Assembly (NCBI GenBank): GCA_000934665.2 | Contig: KZ538428.1 | Coordinates: forward strand, 51,365-71,364 | Direction: 5' to 3' | Source of the DNA: Catajapyx aquilonaris | Lineage: Eukaryota | DNA length: 20,000 bases | Shown: positions 1-8,200 of the stretch, piece after piece | Numbering within the stretch: the first letter of the stretch is position 1 | Layout: each line of letters begins with the position of its first letter | Position numbers and translations under genes: made by a program | Notes under the pieces: model-generated | The model's database searches: none | The model's input: the letters and a program-made list of their open reading frames with translations, nothing else | Told to the model about the DNA's origin: nothing

Positions 1-603
1 CTACTCGCCCCTAGACTGGCGCATAGACAGTCCCTCTGTACACTATATTGCCATACATGTAGGGAATGCCGAAGGTAATACTACATGTACTGCCCGTTGG
101 TGATAACTGATGGGTAATCACACAGATAAAGCCCACCAGCAGGGTGCTATAACCAGCACGTGTCTCGCCTCCATTGAAGTGGGTCTCACCTTCTCTGACT
201 GACAAAATAATGATGCTCTCTAAATGTTAAATGCAGCAAGTGATGAACCATGGTTAATGTTGTATTACCTTTACCTCACATAAAGCGGCATGCTGGTGGT
301 CAACCAGCATACCGGTATAACCCAGGGGTGGCCGGCATCCCGCAATAACCGAGGTAGATTTCCAGAATTTTGATCCTTGTCAAACATTTTTGAATGCTTC
401 TGGTACCATACTGAAATCAAGACTGAAATAATGTTATGGTGAAAAAAGGGTAAGTGTACTGTACAGGGCTGTGAGAAAATGCACAAGTTCTTCTATTGCA
501 GAGCATAGAGTGTGACCAATCCCATCGTCAGCCTGCTTTGAGAGGGGAACCCCCTACTCTATTACAAAGGATCAAGGCAAACTCCTTCCGTCCTATTAAT
601 TAC

Positions 604-866
604 ACCGAAGTAAGTTGGTGTGGTGGTTAAGGAGCCTGACTGCTAATTGGGAAGTTCTGGGTTCGAATCCCGGGGCGGGCAACTCTGACCATGGTTTTCC
701 ACGGTCCCCCCAGGATAATTCTGGGGTTGTGTCCGTATAATAGGCCACAGCCACCTCCTTCCTTCCCTATCCTTGCTTGGCCCCATCCAATGGTAGTACT
801 CCACCCCCCTAATGGAGCGCCGATTCTCCCAACCGGGTATAAATAATTTAAAAATAATAATAATTA
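604..866 (+). mobile_element. tRNA-derived SINE (family C) with Nin/Deu-type core
   Basis: A box TGGTGTGGTGG (616-626) and B box GGTTCGAATCC (660-670). The body GGTTTTCCACGGTCCCCCCAGG...TAGGCCACAGCCACCTCCTTCC resembles the conserved invertebrate Nin/Deu SINE core (Lm1/Talua-like). Ends in an (AAT)n-like tail. Confidence 0.8.
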
Positions 867-1169
867 ATGCTTTGCTCAAATAGTTGGTCGCAGGTCTCAT
901 AGGGTTTATACTTCAGGCACACTGTTAGACTGTACCAAGGGACTTGCAAAATACACTTATACATGGAACTAAGGAGACCCTCTATTAGTAGTGCTACCAG
1001 GCCCCGTGGATCCTTAAACTGGCACTGGACTGTAGCTAATACAGTTGAATCCGGATATAACAGACTTCAAAGGACCGTGAGAATTGGTCAGTATAATAAC
1101 CAAGTTCTGTTATAGCCAAATACACAAACCAGATTTTAAAATATGCTGGGACCACCTTTTCGAGTCAGT

Positions 1170-1170
<1 letters not shown>

Positions 1171-1250
<80 letters not shown>
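1171..1250. repeat. (AAT)n microsatellite, the tail of SINE A1
   Basis: Perfect AAT run of about 80 bp adjoining the 3' end of the minus-strand SINE. Confidence 0.95.
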
Positions 1251-1577
1251 TGATTGGGTATTCGGCTAGCCCCAGAGGGGCCTTCTGCCAGACCTTTATT
1301 ATGATGGTATACAATTTTGGAATCCTATTTTTGAAGCGCCCGGGCCCACAGGCGGGATGACAGGAGGGGATGTGCAAAGTGCAGTGAATCTGACGCTGTG
1401 GCCATTTTTAGTGAGCTCCCCCGGGTGGTTTAGTCTGTAGGAAATACCACCCGAGACGAAGCCAGAGGTGACCCTGAACTCTGCACGAGATGAAGGGGGT
1501 GTCCCCGGGCTGGGATCGAACCCGGGACCTTAACATCCGTGGGCGCGCACGTTACCGCGGCGCCACTCCGTCTCCCC
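1175..1577 (-). mobile_element. tRNA-derived SINE family A, copy 1
   Basis: Minus-strand head GGGGAGACGGAGTGGCGCCGCGGTAACG...GGTTCGATCCC (A and B boxes). Homologous to 12230-12861 and 13020-13413. (ATT)n tail. TSD GAGTCAGTTATAA at 1162-1174 and 1582-1594. Confidence 0.9.
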
Positions 1578-1612
1578 TCAAGAGTCAGTTATAACTGTAA
1601 GCCTGTTATAGC

Positions 1613-1971
1613 GGGGAGGTGTGGTGGCCAAGATGGTAACGTCTCGGCTTGCTGAGTGAAAGGTCCCTGGTTTGATCCTCGCCTGGGAGTTCCCTTTCGC
1701 CTGCGTTGGGAGGGTTTCTGACCCGTACCTTGGAGGTGTCTGGCAACCTAACCTCCTGGGGAACAGCACATGACCCATTTGTCGGTTGGTATCGCACTAG
1801 CACCTACACGTTATTCCCGCCCCAACAATCCCTATTCTTACCCATTGTCCTTGATTTCCCTGCACCGATGTTTGAAGAAAATAAAAAATTCTCAGAAAAA
1901 TTCAAAAATGGTTGTGTAATCAACCCTCATAAAAGGGCTCTGTCCCTCTAATGGGGTTAAAAATTAGAGTA
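1613..1971 (+). mobile_element. tRNA-derived SINE family B, copy 1 (tRNA-Ala-like head)
   Basis: Head GGGGAGGTGTGGTGGCCAAGATGGTAACGTCTCGGCTTGCTGAGTGAAAGGTCCCTGGTTTGATCC. Homologous to 3197-3551. TSD TGTTATAGC at 1604-1612 and 1972-1980. Confidence 0.88.
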
Positions 1972-3196
1972 TGTTATAGCCAAGGCTGTTATATCCGAAT
2001 TCAATTGTAATAGCCTAATTTCGGTAATATTTTATCAATGAAATGGTTAATTTCGAACAATTTTATCTCCCAAACAATCAGCAAAGTGGGGATAGTGAAA
2101 GTAACAATCGCTTGGTGTACTCTACAATGCACTGTAGTACTGTACATGCAGATTATTGCCACACACTATAATTGAAAAGAGCATACTGTATACCAGTATA
2201 TGGTATTAGATACGGTATTAGATTCGGAAAACGTATGGTGTGCCTTTTCGATAGCCTATTCATGCATTTCAATTTCAGGCAAATATCAAGTCATGAAAGG
2301 CTAATGTAAGTGAAAACCCCACCTCATACAGGCATACCTCATGTAGACCAACATGCCGGTATAGCCACCAGATCATGAATGTCTAAAAACTGGTCGACCT
2401 CGATTACACTGTCATGCAGCTTTATGTGAGGTACTACAGTACTACCTAGGGGATGACCGCTGAGTGTTGATGGACATGTAAGCAGAATGACAGAATTAGG
2501 ATTTTAATGGTGTGATGCCCAGGCATTTTATTTTTCCATAATGTTAATCATGCTTAATTTTGGTTTTCCCAGATCTCTATGAAACATTTACATGAGACAC
2601 TCACATGAGTACTGTGGAAGTGATATTTTATTAACACTCCATATTATTATTGTTAAATAATCATTTAATTGTGGATAACTACATTTTTTTTCAAGCAAAA
2701 CCAGATAGACCTCAACCGACCTCCAGATTAGTGGCTAAACTATAATTATCAATCCATGATTTTCAAAACTTACATTTAAAAATTTATAGCCTAAAAATGC
2801 CATTTCATGACTCCCCCCTGATCCAATTAACAGCCATTAGGTAATTACAATTAAACTAAATTTCACATAAATGTAATTATTTATGTATTATGTACCGGTA
2901 TCTACGTAATTGATTATTAATCTCGTAATTGATTAATCATGCAATTTTATGCAAAAGTACCAAAATGACAGCATGAATTAGCATCTGGCAATGATTGTCA
3001 GAGGCTGCTATTTCCATTTGGTCGTTGCTGATAACAGCAACTTTAATATCAGATTTGTGACAGGCCTGACATTAAAATTTAATATTGAAACATTGCTGGT
3101 TGCCTGAATTTTGGGTAATATATTATGCCCATAATTTTGCCTGACACATTTTTGCCATATTCTGAAAAGAAGATAACTTAAAAGTGTTGGATCATT

Positions 3197-3551
3197 ATTA
3201 TTTTTATTTTATTATTTTTATTTTTATTACCCCGTGATGTCCCTTACGGGAGCTATAGGGGGTGGCATACCACCATCAGTTTTCCGTATTTCTTCAATCT
3301 CCATGCAAGGACTTGTTCAGGATATAGGGTAGGGAAAGGGATTGTTGGGGAGGGGACACTTGTGCAAGTGCATTGTCCTAGCCTTTGGGCCATGTGCAGT
3401 CCCCCAGGAGGTTAGGTTGCCAGACACCTCCTTGGTGCAGGTCAGAGACCCTCCCGACGCAGGTGAAAGGAAGTTCCCCAGGCGGGGATCGAACCTGGGG
3501 CCTTTCACTCAGCAAGCCGAGACGTTACCATCTCGGCCACCACACCTCCCC
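3197..3551 (-). mobile_element. tRNA-derived SINE family B, copy 2
   Basis: Reverse complement of the same head with intact B box GGTTCGATCCC. A-rich tail. Imperfect TSD AGTGTTGGATCATT (3183-3196) and AGTGCTGGATTATT (3552-3565). Confidence 0.88.
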
Positions 3552-4093
3552 AGTGCTGGATTATTTGTGGTGCTCATTCTGTTTACATATTCATAAGTGC
3601 ATGAAAACAATTATTAAAAGCATGTACTCACATATCAATTGAAAGACCATTAGTTGGCTTTCCAGTAGTGTGTGTAACTCCATGCTGCACTATGGTAGTG
3701 TGATACACTCGGTGCATGTTTCCACCTGACATTAATCTAAGCATTCTGAGTATACAACATAACTTATATGTAAATCATGCATGTCCATCATCTGTGTAAA
3801 ACATGTCTTCATCCAGTGAATCTCATAAGACTGTCTCTTACTGGGCCACCTGAAAAGTATGTTGCAAACGGATGAGGGCGGGCAATAATAAAAAGGGGTT
3901 ATGGCTTAAGAGATCTTTCTATTCATGATTAATATTGTCCTGCTTCCACATAAATTTGAACAGCATGGCATGACACAATGCCATGTAACAATTCTTAGCA
4001 GTGACAATGGTCCACTCTGAACAAAATGCGACAAATATTAAAGCACATGCTGCACACTCAGTGGAAAGATAAGAAAATACAATAATGCCCAAT

Positions 4094-4670
4094 CTAAGCG
4101 ATTACTGTTAGGGACAGATTAGGTCGTGAGATCGATAACTTGCTGATAGCCTGCGTAATGTCTGGGCCTACACACTGCCTCAGCTGCAAGGAGCACCTGG
4201 ACCTGGACCTGGACCAAGCTGAGGAGGGTCTCGCAGGAGATGAAGGCAAACCTTATTGTAAGATTCCTGATGGTGGTGTGGGCTAATGAAATGGGGGTGG
4301 CAAAAGCAACGTGTACCAGGTTCAGTGTCTTCAGATTCCTTGCAATGTTTTGCATTGACAGGAGGGTCAGGATGAGATGAAGGGTCAACCTGTACGGCTG
4401 TTCATCTTCTCTATGGTCAGGCATCGAAGGTTTGACACTTGTCCAATCCCTAGAAGCACACTGGACGAACCTTTCAGTGTGGAACCTTGCAAGTGCAGCT
4501 CTTCGAGGTGGGGGAAGTTCAGTAGACACATCGTCATGTCGGCGACTGATTTTTGGATTCCCATTGACAGCTTCCGGATTTGACTTCCGGCTAAGAGGAG
4601 AGTGCCCGGAGGAGCGTGCCACCATCAGCCGTGCTGATGGGCAGTTCGGCCAAGTTCGTCCAGGTGTGCT
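4094..4670 (-). pseudogene. Frameshifted leucine-rich-repeat (F-box/LRR or RNI-like) gene fragment
   Basis: Joining minus-strand frames across three frameshifts gives WTNLAELPISTADGGTLLRAL/LLAGSQIRKLSMGIQKSVADMTMCLLNFPHLEELHLQGSTLKGSSSVLLGIGQVSNLRCLTIEKMNSRTG/LTLHLILTLLSMQNIARNLKTLNLVHVAFATPISLAHTTIRNLTIRFAFISCETLLSLV/SLQLRQCVGPDITQAISKLSISRPNLSLTVIA*. This has repeated LxxLxL units and a typical RPNL C-terminal cap. Confidence 0.65.
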
Positions 4671-4800
4671 TCGAACCGAATGGACAGCAAGACTGTGAAC
4701 AACTGAATACTGAACGTCCAGTCAATCGTGATGGCTGACAATAACAATACTGTACAATGATTGGCTGGATGTTCACAGTGTTGCTGTCCATTCGGTTCGA
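4671..4800. repeat. 130-bp palindromic (foldback/MITE-like) element
   Basis: TCGAACCGAATGGACAGCAAGACTGTGAAC (4671-4700) matches the reverse complement of 4771-4800 at 29 of 30 positions. A second inner inverted match contains a CCAAT motif. Confidence 0.8.
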
Positions 4801-5089
4801 TTAGTCTTTGTTGTTGTAAGTGGAAAATTTAAATTACTGTTTTTTAAATCATTGTTGCGTACATGATGTTCAAAATGTCCCACAAATGTCCAGTCCTTTC
4901 TAGACAGCGATGTGAGCGCACCTTCAGAACAGTTACGTTCGTCAGCCGCATCAACGCGCCCTGCCACAGAATCCAAGACGGCGACAAATTGGCGTTCGAA
5001 GACCACACAGTTGGACTCTTCTTCTTCTTCACGTTTCAAGCGGGGTTTGGGCTCCTTTTTTTTGGTTCCTTTTGGGAAGAGGCACCCCC
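4801..5089 (+). promoter_or_regulatory. Putative promoter/5' UTR of the zinc-finger gene
   Basis: CpG-rich, TE-free stretch just upstream of CCCATGG (ATG 5090). Contains CAAGACGGCG, one mismatch from the YY1 core CAAGATGGCG. The TSS is not determinable. Confidence 0.4.
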
Positions 5090-5252
5090 ATGGCATCAAC
5101 AGTGACCCTGGACATGTTGTTCGAAGCAACGCTGTACAACAGGAGGCTTCTGGAAGGACTGGTCGCACGATGGGACGCCTGGGAGGAAAAGATCATGGCC
5201 AAGCTGGAAGCATGGCATCGCGCTCGGGAGGACGGAACACAAGGCCAGGACG
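5090..5252 (+). CDS. ZF gene coding exon 1 (helical N-terminal segment)
   Basis: Good Kozak context CCCATGG. Encodes MASTVTLDMLFEATLYNRRLLEGLVARWDAWEEKIMAKLEAWHRAREDGTQGQD. Donor G|GTAAGG, phase 1. Confidence 0.65.
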
Positions 5253-8200
5253 GTAAGGAAGGGAAGAAAAAAAGACATGCTGCACGGACATCATACCAGA
5301 GGGCAGAGGCCCTCGGAAACATATATACAAAACTCCGCTGCATTACATTTTGCAGTATTTCTGCCAAACTCGGCCAAACTGTCACGTTGAACAAACAACG
5401 GGGTTGAATTCATTGATTCCAAGTAGCAGCGGAACCCACTCTTCGCACGGCCTGCTTCAATTGCGCCTTTAAAGTACTGCAATGTCATTACTATGGCAAC
5501 AAAGGCATCACCATGGCAACAACAGAGCGGGTTGCCACGGCAACAGGCCATGTTCCGTTGTTGCCATGGCGATGTGATCAATAAGCATCTCCGGGGCAAC
5601 CAAACTGGGGCAAACATGGCCTCTCCTGACGACCGGGATTGAAGGTGTCAAATGACGGTGTGACAAGAAGTTGTACACAGGCTGATTAATATTAAAGTGC
5701 ATGTACTACAATTGATGACGAAGTTGCCGGGCAATGATATTGCACCAACGAAATTACCGATCGTTAGCACACGTTAAAAGGTCTCAGACTGACGATGCAT
5801 TAGGATCTGTCGGATCGGTAATTTCGGTTGGTGCGATCAGGCATGGAGCGGAATGGGAAATTATGCTCACTGCAGTTCTTTGGATTTTGCGAGTGACGTG
5901 TTGCGTCTCCTCTGTTTCAGAGGTGGCTACGAGGAAGCTTCTTTCCGACAGGTTCGTTTCGGTCAACAAGAAGGATGAATGCTTCGAGCCAATCGTTTCC
6001 ATCAAAGTGGAACAGGACCCCTCGGAATCGGAGGCGGATAAGTCGCAGGTAAGAGTGCTGCAGTGCTCTAGAGGTGAACAAGGCAGAAGCCAATTCTATT
6101 AACCCTGGAACCGTGGCGTATGCATTAAAATTACAATTACAATGAACTGTTTGCCATTTTTTGAAAGTATATAACAGGAAGTGCATGTTGTTATTATTTT
6201 TTAAATTATTTATTATCCCATTTCTTAGGTACATACCTATTTTGGGGGGGAGTTGCCTCTAGTAGGGTTACAATTCTGAGGACACATTTTGAGGACATAG
6301 ATCGAGACAAATTACGTGTTACATACTGACACTTTTATCCTTAATGTTGTACTATATGGCAATTAACCAATTTACAGTCAGAGTAAGTAGAAAAAAAAAG
6401 AAAAAGAAAAAGCCTGGGCAGAAATGTATATATTTTGGAGCATAAAATAAAGTAAAGTAATCGCCCTTTGGAGTGGACCGGCCCAGTGATCAAGAGATGT
6501 GATATTTTAATTTTCATCTCAATGCCACAAAAGATGACATTTTTGTGGAGCGTCAGAAAGAAAAGGTGAAGGGAGTAAATGTTCATTTTTGTTAGGTCGC
6601 CAAAAATTATGTGTATCAAATCCAGGGAGACCAGTGGAATTTCCGCTAAGTGCTTTCGTCGTGCCCCCAAGATGATGCTGCATTCGTAAAGTAAATGGTG
6701 TAAGGAGGTAGGGCTTTGTATAGAGCATACGGAACAGTAATCATCATCATTAAAATTTATCCTGCTTGTCCTTATTCCAAAGCCATCCGATTTATTTCTC
6801 AGATTGATTGCTAGCCTTGTCATTTCAATTGGTAGATTAAAGTCATTAAACTGTAAATATGGAGCTGGAGCAAGTCCATTATAATAGTCCTTGTAATATG
6901 AATATCTTGAAGATTTCTCATATGCAAGGAAATCCAATTGAATAGAGTGGTCTATTAAGGTTTGTATTAATATATTTGGATTAACACTGCCAGGATCATT
7001 GAGCCAGCAATCCACGTCCGCACCCATGTTGCGGAATAGTTTCCCTAAGTTCCACATCCACGGGATTTGGCTTGAGGAGGGAGATTTTAAATAAGATAAG
7101 GCTTGATGTAACGGTAGACTTGGGTCCTGACAGTATATTTTAACAATCAACTTGCTTCGGTGGCTGTGTTTATCGGAAGTGTAAAAAATTTTCTGATAAA
7201 AAAAGATTGAACCTTTTCAACCTCCAACAAATAGGCTAGTGACCAGATCGAAGCGGCGTATAATGCGGCTGTAATGATTTGCTCGTTGAATAGTTTCATG
7301 GCATGTGTAAACTTACGTATTTTTAACTTCATTAGCGTCGGCCAAAGCGCATTTGTAAGTGCGGTGCCTTTCGTACACACGCTATCAAGGATAGCTCTAA
7401 ATGATCCTGACGCTGAGAAAATAAACCCTAAATACCTATATCGGGAGCATATTTCTATATGATGTTGTTGGTGCCAATGGAATTGTATTTCGTGGGGTAA
7501 CCTACCTTTCCTGTGAAATACCATAATTTTAGGTTTGTTTAAATTGATAGTTAATCCTTTAGCATCTAAATAATTTGCTAATCTGTCCAAGGATCTTTGA
7601 AGATAAATTTGTTGGTCGGCCGAAAGCACTAAATCGTCCGCAAATTGTAAACAGTGCAGGTCTTTCGTATTTGGACCAAAATTAACTCCTGGAATATCAT
7701 TGTTGTCCCAGAGTTCAGCTATATCCGCTAAAAATAGATTGAATAGTATAGGTGATAGTCTCTCGCCCTGTAGCACTCCTCTGGTTATTCTGATTTTTGG
7801 TCCTTCGTCGTTCCTCTTTATTGTGGCCGTCCCATAGATAGCAAGAATCAGCTGCAGAAATCTTCCTGCCAATCCCAGGGTGGTTAATTTACGGAATAAT
7901 TTATCATGAGATATGTTGTCAAATGCCTTGGTTAAGTTGATGAAGGCTGTGTAGAGCTTACGATTTGGTTTGACCATGTACTTCTGAATTAAAATATTTA
8001 ATGTGAATAAGTGATCCATTGTACTTCTACCAGGACGGAAACCTCCTTGGAATTCCGGCAAAATATTCCAATCCTTTACCCATCTCCTTAATCTATCGTC
8101 CATCATAGCCGTAATTATCTTCATAATTACTGTGTTTATTAGAGCAATTGGGTGATAGCAGCCCGGATCTGTGGTGTCTCCACCTTTAAAGATCGGAATT

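Larger units (their letters stand above)
1042..2007. mobile_element. pogo/Tigger-type Tc1-mariner MITE (~180 bp of its own sequence) interrupted by two SINEs
   Basis: TA|CAGTTGAATCCGGATATAACAG ... CTGTTATATCCGAATTCAATTG|TA terminal inverted repeats with TA target duplication, and internal TGTTATAGC repeats. Removing the SINEs joins 1042-1174, 1595-1612 and 1981-2007. Confidence 0.8.

Noticed and set aside
604..680. Possible tRNA genes at the SINE heads (also 1613, 3551 and 13020)
   Set aside because: They lack a proper acceptor stem and continue into SINE bodies with tails, and most have TSDs.
985..1027. hAT-like MITE terminus (also CAGTGTTGGG at ~16505)
   Set aside because: No matching opposite end or 8-bp TSD was found.
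1084..1377. ORFs with poly-Ile or poly-Tyr (also poly-Leu at 13307-13555)
   Set aside because: These are translations of (AAT)n SINE tails.
2000..3180. AT-rich stretch with TCATGACTCCCCC resembling the 15274 terminus
   Set aside because: The match is too short and has no partner end. Left unannotated.
1578..3642. Similar short ORFs (..CAVPQEVRLPDTS..) suggesting a peptide family
   Set aside because: They are chance frames in two copies of SINE B.
4571..4592. Tandem ETS-like CCGGAAG sites
   Set aside because: They fall inside the LRR coding remnant and may be codon coincidences. There is no independent support.
4119..4625. 168-aa minus-strand ORF as an intact gene
   Set aside because: Only its middle part is in the LRR-like frame. 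The rest is off-frame read-through.
5487..5600. CRISPR-like repeat-spacer reading of the X-box array
   Set aside because: The repeats are 14 bp and degenerate, the spacers are only 6-15 bp, the context is a eukaryotic intron, and there are no cas genes.
5734..6102. 122-aa ORF as a single-exon gene or first exon
   Set aside because: It spans a strong acceptor (5920) and donor (6049). The nearby donor at 5818 is phase-incompatible, whereas the 5252 donor fits.
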